Under the pieces are notes generated by a model. That model ran no database searches. It was given only the letters and a program-made list of their open reading frames with translations, and was not told the origin of the DNA. The position numbers and the translations under genes are program-made. Positions 50,901 through 63,109 of a DNA stretch of 64,000 nucleotides are shown here, in pieces; positions within the stretch are counted from its first letter, which is position 1; each line of letters opens with the position of its first letter. The DNA comes from Gammaproteobacteria bacterium (GTDB lineage: Bacteria; Pseudomonadota; Gammaproteobacteria; Eutrophobiales; Eutrophobiaceae), in the NCBI GenBank assembly GCA_030829985.1, contig JAURNW010000021.1, forward strand, positions 11,611-75,610. The letters are read 5' to 3'.

Positions 50901-51986
50901 TTAAAGTACGGCCTTAGGATAAGAGCCAAGTAACTTGACCATCGCAGCATGTTCGTCAAGCTCTGCCAATGCTTTTTTAACTGATTCATCATCGGCATGG
51001 CCTTCAATATCCACGAAGAAAACATAATCCCACATCTCACGGCGTGATGGTCTGGATTCTATCCGCGTCATACTAACGCCATTATCTGCAAAGCAACTCA
51101 ACATCTTATGTAAAGCGCCTGGTTTATTCGGTGTTGAGAAAATCAAAGAGGTTTTATCATTGCCACAAGCTCGACACATCTCTTTACCGATTACCAGAAA
51201 ACGAGTGGTATTATCCGGTTCATCCTCAATGTTATTGGCAAGATTATTCAACATATATAATTCGCCTGCGGCACTACTCGCGATGGCCGCAACATGTTCT
51301 TTATTACTGGCAATCAGGGCAGCTTCTGCATTACTGCTAACCGCGATACGTTCTGCCTTGTTCAAATGTGTATCCAGCCATGCACGACATTGTGCCAACG
51401 ATTGTTGATGTGAATAGACAGTTGTTAATTCATCATAAGAATTATCTTTACTCAATAAATGATGGTGGATACGTAATTCCACCTCACCACAGATACTTAA
51501 GCTAGAGTGATGTAACATATCCAGCGTGTGATTGACTACGCCTTCAATGGAGTTTTCCACCGGAACGACACCATAATGTGATGCTCCCGATTCAACTTCA
51601 CGGAAGACCTGATCGATAGTACCAAAGGCCGTTGTGTTAACCGAATGACCAAAATGCTTCAATGCGGCAGATTGGGTAAATGTACCTTCCGGACCTAAAT
51701 AGGCTATATCGAGCTGCTGCTCCAATGCCAGACAGGCAGACATAATTTCCCGAAACAGGCGCGCCATCTCTTCTTCAGATAAAGGCCCCTTATTTTGTTC
51801 AATAACCTTTCTTAATATTTGTGCTTCACGCTCCGGGCGATAAAAGCTGGCCGCTTCTGTAGATTCATTTTTTACTTCTGCAACTGCTTGCGCAAGACGC
51901 GCGCGATCACTGATTAGATCTATTAGCTGTTTATCTACTGCATCTATATCGATACGCAATTGCGTTAATTTTTTTTCATCGGCCAT
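50901..51986 (-). CDS. pheA: Bifunctional chorismate mutase / prephenate dehydratase (P-protein)
   Basis: 361 aa with an N-terminal CM domain, a PDT domain (YLGPEGTF, TRF) and an ACT domain (ESRPSR). Confidence 0.95.
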   Translation of the reverse strand: MADEKKLTQLRIDIDAVDKQLIDLISDRARLAQAVAEVKNESTEAASFYRPEREAQILRKVIEQNKGPLSEEEMARLFREIMSACLALEQQLDIAYLGPEGTFTQSAALKHFGHSVNTTAFGTIDQVFREVESGASHYGVVPVENSIEGVVNHTLDMLHHSSLSICGEVELRIHHHLLSKDNSYDELTTVYSHQQSLAQCRAWLDTHLNKAERIAVSSNAEAALIASNKEHVAAIASSAAGELYMLNNLANNIEDEPDNTTRFLVIGKEMCRACGNDKTSLIFSTPNKPGALHKMLSCFADNGVSMTRIESRPSRREMWDYVFFVDIEGHADDESVKKALAELDEHAAMVKLLGSYPKAVL

Positions 51987-52249
51987 GGTTGGGTACCAAG
52001 CTGGTTTTAGTTATTTTTCAAAGTCTGACAGCATACGGTAGAGATCGACACTTGTTAAGGAGCCTCTAATATAATTCGTCAAATTCTTCTGTAAGACCGG
52101 GCAATCACTCTATTTAATCGCTTAAAAAACCATTATAAACACATGTCTATCGATGGACTATTCGAGAATCTGGAAATCTTCTTGCAATGACTAAGGATCC
52201 TGTTTGTTATAAAGACCCTGAAATGGATGAATGCTAGCCTTAGCGGATA

Positions 52250-54808
52250 TCAATCCTCTGGTTCTTGTTCGTCTTCCGTATACTCAACAATACATTCGAG
52301 TCCAGCTAAATGTTCTGATTCATTCAGATTTACCAATCTCACGCCCTGAGTATTACGACCAAAAATCGAGATATCTTTTACCGGTGTTCTAATCAAAGTA
52401 CCCTGATCGCTGATCAACATAATCTCATCATCATTTTCAACCGATACAGCTCCGACAACTGGTCCATTTCGTTCAGAGACCTGAATAGAAATAACACCTA
52501 CGCCACCACGCGATTTTTGCGGGTAATCTTCAACTGCCGTACGTTTACCATAACCATTTTCAGTAGCCGTAAGGATAGTCACATCTTTATTCTCAACAAT
52601 GATTAAAGAAATAACATGTTGCTCTTTTTTCAAACGAATACCACGTACACCTTTAGCCGTTCTGCCTGTTTCTCTGACATGAGACTCTGGAAAACGAACC
52701 ACCTTGCCAGTATTGCTAAATAACATAATGTCGTGCTTGCCATCGGTTATCTCAACACCGATAAGTTTATTTCCTTCGGCTAATTCAATAGCACGCTTGC
52801 CGCTTGGACGAGGTCTTGAAAATTCTTTTAGTGATGTTTTCTTGACGGTGCCATCTGCCGTTGCCATAAAGATAAATTTATCTTCTGCATATTCGCGGAT
52901 GGGCAAGATAGCGTTAATCTGTTCACCATCTTCAAGAGGTAAGAGATTAATTATTGGTTTACCGCGCGCTGTACGACTGGCCTGAGGTAAATCATAGACC
53001 TTGAGCCAATACACTTTACCGCGATTGGAAAAACATAAGATTGTGTCATGGGTACTTGCGATAAATAATTTATCAATAAAATCTTCATCTTTTACCGAGG
53101 TAGCGGATTTACCACGACCGCCTCGTTTTTGTGAACGATAGGTATCCATCGGTTGCGATTTGGCATATCCCGCATGTGATAAGGTTACGACAACGTCTTC
53201 TTCCGTGATCAAATCCTCCATACTAAGATCTTCCTGTGTATGGACGATCTCGGTTTTACGCTCATCACCATAGCGTTCCAGAATATCTTTTAATTCATCG
53301 CGAATTACTTCCATCAACCGTTCTGGACGTGACAATATATCTAATAAATCCGCTATCGCGTCTAATAAATCCCCATACTCATTCAGTATCTTGTCTTTTT
53401 CCAGACCAGTTAATTTTTGCAAGCGTAATTCGAGTATGGCCTGTGCTTGCTCTGGAGATAAACGGTAACCCGCATCAGTCAAACCATATTCTTTCGGCAA
53501 ATAATCGGGCCGTGATGCCTCCGCGCCAGCACGGCTTAGCATTTCTACGACAGCACCAGACTCCCAGGTTTCTGCCAATAAACCAGCCTTGGCATCCGCC
53601 GGACTTGGAGATTGTTTAATGAGTGCGATAACAGGATCGATATTGGCTAATGCAACTGCAAGGCCTTCTAACAGGTGCGCTCGAACACGTGCCTTACGTA
53701 AATCAAAAATAGTCCGACGGGTAACGACTTCACGACGGTGACTAATAAAGGCTTCGAGTAAATCTTTCAGATTCATCAATCGTGGTCGGTTATCGGCCAA
53801 GGCAACAATATTAATACCAAACACACTTTGCATCTGAGTAAACTTATACAGGTTGTTTAAAATCACTTCCGCGACTTCGCCGCGACGAATCTCGATAACA
53901 ACACGCATGCCATCTTTATCCGACTCATCACGCAGTTCTTTTATACCGGTTAATTTTTTGTCTTTTACCAGTTCCGCTATCTTTTCAACCAGACGCGCTT
54001 TATTAACCTGATAAGGGAGCTCATGGATAATGATTTTGCTGCCTGATTCATGCTCCTCAATTTCAGTTCGGGCACGAACATAAATACGACCACGTCCCGT
54101 TTCATAGGCTTCCTTGATGCCAGATGAGCCATTAATAATGGCTGCTGTAGGAAAATCCGGCCCGGGGATATATTGCATCAAATCCAGAATTGTTAACTCC
54201 GGGTTTTCAATCAAGGCTAAACAAGCCGACACAACTTCTGTCAGGTTGTGTGGTGGAATATTGGTTGCCATTCCCACCGCAATACCGCTGGAACCATTAA
54301 CAAGCAGGTTAGGAATTCGGGTTGGCATAACCACAGGTTCATGTTCTGAACCATCATAGTTAGGTGAAAAATCAACTGTTTCTTTATCAAGATCTTCCAG
54401 AATTTCATGCGCAATTCGTGTCATGCGAACTTCTGTGTAACGCATTGCCGCGGGAGAATCGCCGTCTACCGAGCCGAAGTTACCCTGACCGTCCACCAGC
54501 AAATAGCGTAAAGAAAAAGGCTGCGCCATACGCACCATTGTGTCGTAAACAGCAGTATCACCATGAGGATGATACTTACCAATAACATCACCGACGACGC
54601 GGGCTGATTTCTTATAAGGTTTATTATAGTCATTGCCCATTACTTTCATCGCAAACAACACACGACGATGTACTGGCTTGAGCCCATCACGGACATCAGG
54701 CAAGGCGCGGCCGACGATAACACTCATGGCATAGTCCATATAGGACTGCCGCATCTCGTCTTCTATATTTACGTGCGAAATTGCACGAGCGAAATCAGAA
54801 TCGGACAT
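52250..54808 (-). CDS. gyrA: DNA gyrase subunit A
   Basis: 852 aa with the active-site motif AAMRYTE, the [19 protein letters not shown]-terminal beta-pinwheel repeats and an acidic tail. Confidence 0.98.
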   Translation of the reverse strand: MSDSDFARAISHVNIEDEMRQSYMDYAMSVIVGRALPDVRDGLKPVHRRVLFAMKVMGNDYNKPYKKSARVVGDVIGKYHPHGDTAVYDTMVRMAQPFSLRYLLVDGQGNFGSVDGDSPAAMRYTEVRMTRIAHEILEDLDKETVDFSPNYDGSEHEPVVMPTRIPNLLVNGSSGIAVGMATNIPPHNLTEVVSACLALIENPELTILDLMQYIPGPDFPTAAIINGSSGIKEAYETGRGRIYVRARTEIEEHESGSKIIIHELPYQVNKARLVEKIAELVKDKKLTGIKELRDESDKDGMRVVIEIRRGEVAEVILNNLYKFTQMQSVFGINIVALADNRPRLMNLKDLLEAFISHRREVVTRRTIFDLRKARVRAHLLEGLAVALANIDPVIALIKQSPSPADAKAGLLAETWESGAVVEMLSRAGAEASRPDYLPKEYGLTDAGYRLSPEQAQAILELRLQKLTGLEKDKILNEYGDLLDAIADLLDILSRPERLMEVIRDELKDILERYGDERKTEIVHTQEDLSMEDLITEEDVVVTLSHAGYAKSQPMDTYRSQKRGGRGKSATSVKDEDFIDKLFIASTHDTILCFSNRGKVYWLKVYDLPQASRTARGKPIINLLPLEDGEQINAILPIREYAEDKFIFMATADGTVKKTSLKEFSRPRPSGKRAIELAEGNKLIGVEITDGKHDIMLFSNTGKVVRFPESHVRETGRTAKGVRGIRLKKEQHVISLIIVENKDVTILTATENGYGKRTAVEDYPQKSRGGVGVISIQVSERNGPVVGAVSVENDDEIMLISDQGTLIRTPVKDISIFGRNTQGVRLVNLNESEHLAGLECIVEYTEDEQEPED

Positions 54809-54937
54809 AAATTATTGATGGAAAAGGGAGTAAAAAAAGCCTTAATTTCTTGTAATTTTTCAAGCCGAAATTCTAACATAATTCAGCCATTTACCCTACT
54901 TAAATTTTACATCTAGGCACTTATTTTCGGGCTTGAT

Positions 54938-55993
54938 TTATCCGAACATTGCAAGCATTTTTTTCGTGTCCGGTGCTTGTACAATTCCCTTTTCCGTGAC
55001 TATGGCATCGACCAGTTTTGCCGGGGTAATATCGAATGTTGGATTAACCGCTTCTATATTATCCGGGGCAATTCGCGTCCTGTTAAAATCCGTCACTTCT
55101 TCAGTGTTTCGGTATTCAATCGGAATATTTGCACCACTTTCAATCTGCATATCAATCGTAGAGGAAGGAGCGACAACCATCACTTTAACACCGTGATACC
55201 TGGCCGAAACAGCATGTGAATAGGTACCAATCTTATTGGCAACATCACCATTTGCTGCAATACGATCTGAACCGACGATAAGCCAGGCTATTTTTTGACT
55301 CGCCATCAAGCTTGCGATAGCTGAATCAATAACCAGATTCACCGGGATATGCTCCTGTTGAAGTTCCCAACTGGTCAAACGAGCACCTTGAAACCAGGGT
55401 CGAGTTTCAGAAGCAAACACTTTCTGAATGCTTCCTTTATTGAATGCTGACCTGATGACACCTAATGCGGTGCCATAACCACCAGTTGCCAGCGCACCCG
55501 CATTACAATGGGTGATCACCAGACTATCAGGCATAATCAATTCAGCGCCTAAGCGGCCCATCTCATGATTTGCGGCAATATCTTCATCATGTATTTGCTT
55601 TGCACGTTCCAGTAATATCGCTTCCGGCTCGCCTTCAATACCATTGAAGACTTTACGCATTTCTGTAATAGCCCAATGTAGATTTACTGCGGTTGGTCTT
55701 GCCGCTGACAGTGTTGAGAGGTCAGTTTCTATACTTTCACACCAGGAATCAGACGCTTCACGCCAGGCCAAACGCGCTGCCAGAACTACTGCATAGGCCG
55801 CCGCAATTCCAATCGCAGGTGCGCCACGGACTACCATGTCCCTGATAGCAGCGGCCACAGCTGTAGCTGAATCGTAATTGAGATAAATTATTTCACCGGG
55901 TAATTTCCTTTGATCCAATAAAGTTAACCTTCCTGCATTCCATTTAACCGCAGTGAACTTTTCGTTTGGATAATCTGATTTATTACTGTTCAA
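54938..55993 (-). CDS. mtnA: S-methyl-5-thioribose-1-phosphate isomerase
   Basis: 351 aa with an eIF-2B alpha/beta/delta-like MtnA pattern (VRGAPAIG, HCNAGALAT, VGSDRIAANGD). Confidence 0.9.
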   Translation of the reverse strand: MNSNKSDYPNEKFTAVKWNAGRLTLLDQRKLPGEIIYLNYDSATAVAAAIRDMVVRGAPAIGIAAAYAVVLAARLAWREASDSWCESIETDLSTLSAARPTAVNLHWAITEMRKVFNGIEGEPEAILLERAKQIHDEDIAANHEMGRLGAELIMPDSLVITHCNAGALATGGYGTALGVIRSAFNKGSIQKVFASETRPWFQGARLTSWELQQEHIPVNLVIDSAIASLMASQKIAWLIVGSDRIAANGDVANKIGTYSHAVSARYHGVKVMVVAPSSTIDMQIESGANIPIEYRNTEEVTDFNRTRIAPDNIEAVNPTFDITPAKLVDAIVTEKGIVQAPDTKKMLAMFG

Positions 55994-56055
55994 TTCGTTT
56001 TATCCTGTCAATGAATTATCATAGTGTAAATTAAAATAAGGATGCCGTTTTCAAG

Positions 56056-57366
56056 ATGAAAATAGATACCCTGATTCATGCAAAATGGATTATACCGGTT
56101 GAGCCGGAAAATACCGTCTATGAAAATTATTCTATCGCCATTAATGGTGACAAAATAGAAGCGATACTCCCGTCTGATGCCGCGCGTAAAAAATTTACCG
56201 CGACAACAGAACTCAACATGGACCAACATGCGCTCATTCCCGGTTTAATCAATGCGCATACCCATGCAGCGATGAGCTTATTACGTGGACTGGCTGATGA
56301 TCTGCCTTTAATGGAATGGCTTAATAATCATATCTGGCCAGCAGAACAAAAATGGGTGAATTCTGAATTCGTCAAGGACGGAACCGAGCTTGCAATAGCT
56401 GAAATGATCCGTGGCGGCACCACCTGCTTTAATGATATGTACTTCTTTCCTGATCAAACAGCAAAAGTCTGTGCGGATGTGGGCATGCGTGTCGTTGTCG
56501 GCTTGATCCTGATCGACTTTCCTACTGCCTGGGCCGATGATGCGGATGAATATATACTTAAGGGCGAACAGGTACATGATACCTACCGCCATAATCCGTT
56601 GGTTAATACTGCCTTTGCACCGCATGCTCCATATACGGTTTCCGATGAACCGTTACAACGAATCAATATACTCGCAGAAGAACTCGACATACCAATCCAT
56701 ATGCATATCCATGAAACTGCATTTGAAGTTTCGCAAGGTATTGAGCAACACGGCAAACGACCATTACAACGTTTAACCGAACTCGGTGTTGTCAGTTCAC
56801 GTATGGTGGCAGTACACATGACACAACTGGAACAAGCTGAAATAGGCGAACTCGCCAAACTCGGCGTCAGTGTTGCACATTGTCCCGAATCAAATTTGAA
56901 ACTTGCCAGTGGCTTCTGCCCGGTCGGCGCACTTGTGAAAGCTGGCGTTAATGTTTGTATCGGTACCGATGGTACAGCCAGCAACAATGATCTGGATATG
57001 ATCGGTGAAATGCGAACTGCTGCTTTACTTGCGAAAGGTGTTGCCAATGACCCAACCTGTCTTGATGCACACACAACATTAAAAATGGCAACTCTCAATG
57101 GCGCCAGGGCTCTTGGCCTGAACGAATCAATTGGTTCCTTAAAGAAAGGCAAACAAGCCGATATCGTAGCAATCAACCTTAGTCAACTCGAAACCGTACC
57201 AATGTACGATCCGGTTTCACAAATCGTTTATGCGGGTAATCGGGAACAGGTCAGTGACGTCTGGATTGCCGGCAAGCAACTATTAAAGGATAGAAAATTA
57301 ACCACTTTGGAATATTCCAGGGTGATGAATAAAGCAAAGGCCTGGGAAAAAAAAGTTAAAGGGTGA
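56056..57366 (+). CDS. mtaD: 5-methylthioadenosine / S-adenosylhomocysteine deaminase (TRZ/ATZ amidohydrolase)
   Basis: 436 aa with the metal-ligand motif INAHTHAAMS, plus HMHIHET, HCPESN and GTDG. Confidence 0.85.
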   Translation: MKIDTLIHAKWIIPVEPENTVYENYSIAINGDKIEAILPSDAARKKFTATTELNMDQHALIPGLINAHTHAAMSLLRGLADDLPLMEWLNNHIWPAEQKWVNSEFVKDGTELAIAEMIRGGTTCFNDMYFFPDQTAKVCADVGMRVVVGLILIDFPTAWADDADEYILKGEQVHDTYRHNPLVNTAFAPHAPYTVSDEPLQRINILAEELDIPIHMHIHETAFEVSQGIEQHGKRPLQRLTELGVVSSRMVAVHMTQLEQAEIGELAKLGVSVAHCPESNLKLASGFCPVGALVKAGVNVCIGTDGTASNNDLDMIGEMRTAALLAKGVANDPTCLDAHTTLKMATLNGARALGLNESIGSLKKGKQADIVAINLSQLETVPMYDPVSQIVYAGNREQVSDVWIAGKQLLKDRKLTTLEYSRVMNKAKAWEKKVKG

Positions 57367-57397
57367 TATTTTTAATAAAAGGAAATGCACTTACTCT

Positions 57398-58063
57398 TTA
57401 ACTATGGAACTTACCCGAATACTCATTCCATCGATTAACAATCTCACAAAAAATTAATGCCGTCTGTTCCGCATCATAACGTGCGGAATGTGCTTCCTTG
57501 CTATCCCATTCCAGCCCTGCTTCAACGGCGGCACGTGATAGTACCGTTTGGCCATAGGCAAGGCCTGCCATGGTTGCAGTATCGAAGGTGCTGAAGGGAT
57601 GAAATGGATTGCGTTTGATCTGTGCGCGTTCAACAGCAGCATTTAAAAATCCCAGATCAAATGAGGCATTGTGCCCGACAAGTATTGCTCGACTACATTT
57701 ATGTTCTTTTATCTTTTTCCGAATTGGTTTGAATACTTCATGCAATGCCTCGGTTTCACTGACTGCGATCTGTTTACGAAAAGGATGATTAGGGTCAACG
57801 CCGATAAAATCCAGTGATGCCTGATCAAGATTTGCCCCTTCGAATGGATTGACATGTTTGGATACAATCTCATCAATACACCATTGCTGTTCATCATTGA
57901 CTGTCACTGTTACAGCAGCTATTTCTAATAATGCATCTGTGGCAGCGTTGAAACCTGCTGTCTCCACATCAACGATAACCGGCAAAAAGCCGCGAAAGCG
58001 TTTTGCGACTAACGATGTTTTCTTCGTGTCTGTTTCGTTTAATTCTTCAATTGCCATGAACAC
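57398..58063 (-). CDS. rnt: Ribonuclease T
   Basis: 221 aa with DEDDh exonuclease motifs ([22 protein letters not shown]). The GTG start at 58063 is uncertain, and an ATG at 58057 is an alternative. Either start overlaps the pyrC 3' end. Confidence 0.9.
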   Translation of the reverse strand: MFMAIEELNETDTKKTSLVAKRFRGFLPVIVDVETAGFNAATDALLEIAAVTVTVNDEQQWCIDEIVSKHVNPFEGANLDQASLDFIGVDPNHPFRKQIAVSETEALHEVFKPIRKKIKEHKCSRAILVGHNASFDLGFLNAAVERAQIKRNPFHPFSTFDTATMAGLAYGQTVLSRAAVEAGLEWDSKEAHSARYDAEQTALIFCEIVNRWNEYSGKFHS

Positions 58064-59073
58064 GTTCCACCTGCAAGAAAGGGAACCAGTTCATTATCAC
58101 CAAGAGGTAATATCGCTGGTATAGTTTGATCCTGTTTTATTAATGTAATCATTTCCTGGTTACGTGGTAAGCCGTAATAATCGGCACCATAGTGGCTACT
58201 AAATGCTTCCAGTTTGTCTAGCTTGTCTGCAGCATCGAATGCTTCCACATACATTTCAATTGCAGCATAAGCTGAATAGATACCAGCACAACCACAACTG
58301 GTTTCTTTCGTGTTTCGTGCATGCGGCGCACTATCCGTGCCGAGAAAAAATTTTGAATTACCACTTGTTGCGGCTTCTAGTACTGCCAATCGGTCAGCTT
58401 CGGCCTTTAACACAGGCAAACAGTAATGATGTGGCTGCAAGCCACCTTTAAATAAATCATTTCGATTTAATAGCATATGTTGTGGTGTAATCGTTGCGGC
58501 GATATTGTTGCTTGATTGTGTAACAAAATCGACTGCAGCACGTGTCGTAATATGTTCAAAAACGATTTTTAAATCAGGGAAGTTCCTCACCAGCGGCGCT
58601 AAAACACGATCAATAAAGACTGATTCACGATCAAATACATCGACATCATTATCAGTTACTTCGCCATGCACCAGAAGTGGGAGCCCCTTTTCCATCATTG
58701 CTTCAAGCGTGGAGTAGGTTTTGCTGATATCTGTGACACCCTGGTCAGAGTTGGTTGTTGCTCCGGCAGGATAGTATTTTAGTGCCTTGATCATATTAGA
58801 CTCCGCGGCCTCCATGATAACTTCTGTAGAGGTATTGTCCGTAAGATATAAAGTCATCAAGGGTTCAAAATTATATTTTTTGTCTACGCACTGTAAAATA
58901 CGATCTCGATAAGCCAGGGCCATTTCTGTATTAACTACCGGTGGTTTAAGATTAGGCATGACTATCGCACGCGCGAATTGCGCAGCGGTATGATTTACTA
59001 TGTTGGCCAATACAACACCATCTCGTAGATGAAGATGGAAATCGTCGGGTTTTGTTATGGTTAATGTTTGCAT
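58039..59073 (-). CDS. pyrC: Dihydroorotase (class II, homodimeric type)
   Basis: 344 aa with the motifs [13 protein letters not shown] and GTDSAPH. Confidence 0.95.
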   Translation of the reverse strand: MQTLTITKPDDFHLHLRDGVVLANIVNHTAAQFARAIVMPNLKPPVVNTEMALAYRDRILQCVDKKYNFEPLMTLYLTDNTSTEVIMEAAESNMIKALKYYPAGATTNSDQGVTDISKTYSTLEAMMEKGLPLLVHGEVTDNDVDVFDRESVFIDRVLAPLVRNFPDLKIVFEHITTRAAVDFVTQSSNNIAATITPQHMLLNRNDLFKGGLQPHHYCLPVLKAEADRLAVLEAATSGNSKFFLGTDSAPHARNTKETSCGCAGIYSAYAAIEMYVEAFDAADKLDKLEAFSSHYGADYYGLPRNQEMITLIKQDQTIPAILPLGDNELVPFLAGGTCSWQLKN

Positions 59074-59138
59074 ATCGATAACAAATTATTACATATTAAC
59101 GCTGAAAGGTATCTAGACACTTTAATAGAGAACTCATT

Positions 59139-60179
59139 ATGGAATACACAAAACTGGGCAGAACTGATATTGATGTGAGTCGAATCTGTCTCGGCACCAT
59201 GACCTGGGGCGAACAAAACACTGAAGTCGAGGCACATGAACAACTGAATTATGCTGTAGATGCCGGGATTAATTTTATTGATACAGCAGAAATGTATCCG
59301 GTACCGCCCAGGGCAGAGACGCAAGGACTAACTGAAACTTACATTGGTTCCTGGCTGGCGAAAAGACAGGATCGCGACAAATTAATCATTGCCAGTAAAG
59401 TTTGTGGTCAAGATTTATTCGTACCTTATCTGCGAAACGGTCAGGCTAAACTGGATAAAAAAAATATCCACGAGGCATTGAACGCATCACTAAAACGACT
59501 AAAAACAGATTATATCGACCTTTATCAAACGCATTGGCCGGATCGTGATACCAATTATTTCGGCAAGTTGGGTTATTACCATGCCCCGGCAAAAGACGGG
59601 ACATCTATCGCCGAGACTCTGGATGTAATGAATGACCTGGTAAAAACAGGCAAGATTCGCATGGTGGGTATTTCCAACGAGACGCCATGGGGTTGTGCCG
59701 AATACTTGCGTATTGCTAATGAACAGAACTTGGCAAGAATAGTCAGTATCCAGAATCCCTATAACTTATTGAATCGTACCTTTGAGATTGGCCTCTCCGA
59801 ATTTGCTCATCGTGAACAAACTGGCCTGCTAGCCTATTCCCCGCTCGCCTTTGGTGTCTTAAGTGGTAAATTTTTAAATGGCGCCAGACCGGAAGGTACG
59901 CGTCTGGTTTTGTGGGATCGATTTTCCCGTTATTCAAACACGGAAGCTATTAAAGCAACCGAGGCCTACGTCAAATTGGCGCAGGAAAATGAGCTGGATC
60001 CAGCTCAAATGGCCCTCGCTTATGTTAACAGTCGCCCGTTTTTGACCAGTAATATTATTGGCGCCACGTCGATAGAACAGTTGAAGAGTAATATTGGGAG
60101 CATTGACATAAAACTTCCAAAAAATATCATACGGGCAATTGAATCTATCCATGAAAAAATTCCAAATCCATCCCCATAA
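59139..60179 (+). CDS. NADP-dependent aldo-keto reductase (Tas-like)
   Basis: 346 aa with an AKR pattern (LGTMTWG, GINFIDTAEMY, DLYQTHWPD, ISNE). Confidence 0.85.
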   Translation: MEYTKLGRTDIDVSRICLGTMTWGEQNTEVEAHEQLNYAVDAGINFIDTAEMYPVPPRAETQGLTETYIGSWLAKRQDRDKLIIASKVCGQDLFVPYLRNGQAKLDKKNIHEALNASLKRLKTDYIDLYQTHWPDRDTNYFGKLGYYHAPAKDGTSIAETLDVMNDLVKTGKIRMVGISNETPWGCAEYLRIANEQNLARIVSIQNPYNLLNRTFEIGLSEFAHREQTGLLAYSPLAFGVLSGKFLNGARPEGTRLVLWDRFSRYSNTEAIKATEAYVKLAQENELDPAQMALAYVNSRPFLTSNIIGATSIEQLKSNIGSIDIKLPKNIIRAIESIHEKIPNPSP

Positions 60180-60248
60180 TTTATTTTTCGGTGATTTTCT
60201 ACCTATTAAACTATGTATAATCAATACACATTAAATAATATTGTTTGA

Positions 60249-61631
<1,383 letters not shown>

Positions 61632-61660
61632 TAGAACCGAGCGGAGAGAAGTAAACAGAC

Positions 61661-62176
61661 ATGAAAAATCTGGATGATTACATCTTGGGAGAGTCAACAG
61701 ATCAAGTCGTTAGGGTTGAGACACGACAGGATAATGCAGCCGCTGCACTCGCTCTGGTTAAACAATGCAAACAGAAGCTCGCCATCATCTCCCATGAACT
61801 GGATCCTTTTGTTTTTGACCAGCCGGAATTTGTCGAAGCCGTAAGACAATTGGCTCTAAAAGGACGAAATGTCGATATTCGTATTCTGGCGTTTGAACCT
61901 CAAATAATCGTTAGAAGAGGCCATAAGCTTGTCGATTTGGCTGGAAAAATAAGTAGCTATATCGAAATACGCAAACCTTCCTCACAATATAAATCATTCA
62001 ATGAAGCAGTATTGATCGCTGATGAAGTGGGTTACCTGTTCCGTGAAAGCATTGAGCGTTACAAAGGAAGATTAAACTTCAACAGCCGCCGTGAGTCGAA
62101 GCATATGCTGGATGTATTTAATGCGATGTGGGAAACAGCTATATCCGATCCAAATTTTAGAAGAATGCACATTTGA
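61661..62176 (+). CDS. Hypothetical protein, possibly a degenerate PLD-like domain lacking the HKD motif
   Basis: 171 aa. The pattern LALKGRNVDIRIL...FNEAVLIADEVGYLF resembles a PLD/cardiolipin-synthase repeat, but with F and E where H and K would be. Its stop overlaps the next start (ATGA). Confidence 0.35.
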   Translation: MKNLDDYILGESTDQVVRVETRQDNAAAALALVKQCKQKLAIISHELDPFVFDQPEFVEAVRQLALKGRNVDIRILAFEPQIIVRRGHKLVDLAGKISSYIEIRKPSSQYKSFNEAVLIADEVGYLFRESIERYKGRLNFNSRRESKHMLDVFNAMWETAISDPNFRRMHI

Positions 62177-63036
62177 TAAAACTGATTCTACTTGTTCTGA
62201 CTACTCTTATTATTGCTAGCCCTGCAACTATGGCAGAAGCAATGAAAATTGAAACCATTCCCATGAATAGCAGGCCAGTGGAAGATGTCATCCCGGTACT
62301 TAGATCATTAGTCGTAGAAGGCGGCACCGTCACCGGAATAAATAATAAATTAATCATCAAAACCACACCTTCCAATCTCAAACAAATAAAAGAAGTCCTG
62401 GCTCAAATTGACCATGCTCCACGGCGATTGATAATCAGCGTCAAACAAGATGTCGGCGGTAATGTCAGTACCCGTGAAAGTGAATTATCCGGACGCTATG
62501 GTACAGGTGGCGTCAAAATAGAATCACATGACTCAGGCCGAGGCGGCACCATTATTCAAGGGCAAGATAGTGATGGCAATGTGATTCGCTATCGTCAACT
62601 GGAAACACAATCACCAGGACAAGATAGAAACGTATTTCGTGTACAGGCACTGGAAGGTAACCCGGCTTTTATTAATACTGGCCAATCTGTGCCCATACCA
62701 AATCAAACTGCTTATGTGACAGGCAGCGGTGTCGTTGTTCAGGATGGCGTTGAATATCAAGATGTGTCATCCGGATTTTATGTGCTGCCCAGATTGCAGG
62801 GTGACAATGTTACACTGCTAATTGCGCCACATCTGACACGTATTAGTCCAAACCAAACAGGTATTTTTGATATTCAAAACGTCGAAACCACCGCCAGTGG
62901 TCGTTTAGGCGAATGGATACACATCGGCGGCATCTCCCAAGAGTATAATAATGAGCGTAAAAGAAACCTGATAGGCACAAAAGAACGTGGGCAAGAGCAT
63001 CGGAATATATTGGTTAAGGTGGAAGAATTAAAATAG
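62173..63036 (+). CDS. Small secretin-like protein (signal peptide, one Secretin_N/NolW-like domain and a truncated secretin core)
   Basis: 287 aa. The signal peptide ends ATMA-EA. The N-domain pattern is VEDVIPVLRSLV...NKLIIKTTPSNLKQIKEVLAQID. Core-like segments are FYVLPRLQGDNVTLLIAPHLTRIS and GEWIHIGGIS. The usual VPxLGDIPxLGxLF segment is not seen. Confidence 0.55.
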   Translation: MIKLILLVLTTLIIASPATMAEAMKIETIPMNSRPVEDVIPVLRSLVVEGGTVTGINNKLIIKTTPSNLKQIKEVLAQIDHAPRRLIISVKQDVGGNVSTRESELSGRYGTGGVKIESHDSGRGGTIIQGQDSDGNVIRYRQLETQSPGQDRNVFRVQALEGNPAFINTGQSVPIPNQTAYVTGSGVVVQDGVEYQDVSSGFYVLPRLQGDNVTLLIAPHLTRISPNQTGIFDIQNVETTASGRLGEWIHIGGISQEYNNERKRNLIGTKERGQEHRNILVKVEELK

Positions 63037-63109
63037 TTTCGCGTGTTTTACCATAGGCTGATAAAATAGCAGCCTCACTATCCTTCAATAAATAGTTATC
63101 TAAGACTTG

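Noticed and set aside
51987-52249. Phe-rich leader peptide or attenuator upstream of pheA
   Set aside because: Only trivial mini-ORFs are present on the minus strand (for example MVF-stop), with no run of Phe codons and no alternative hairpins that I could see.
54539-54571. GyrA QRDR as a fluoroquinolone-resistance allele
   Set aside because: The sequence [11 protein letters not shown] has Thr at the position equivalent to E. coli Ser83, which is the wild-type state in Pseudomonas-like lineages, and it retains the Asp equivalent to D87. There is no evidence of a resistance substitution.
56583-57176. 197-aa antisense ORF inside mtaD
   Set aside because: Its Ala/Ser/Cys/Pro-rich composition is typical of shadow ORFs opposite a genuine gene. 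The sense strand encodes a complete amidohydrolase with metal-ligand motifs.
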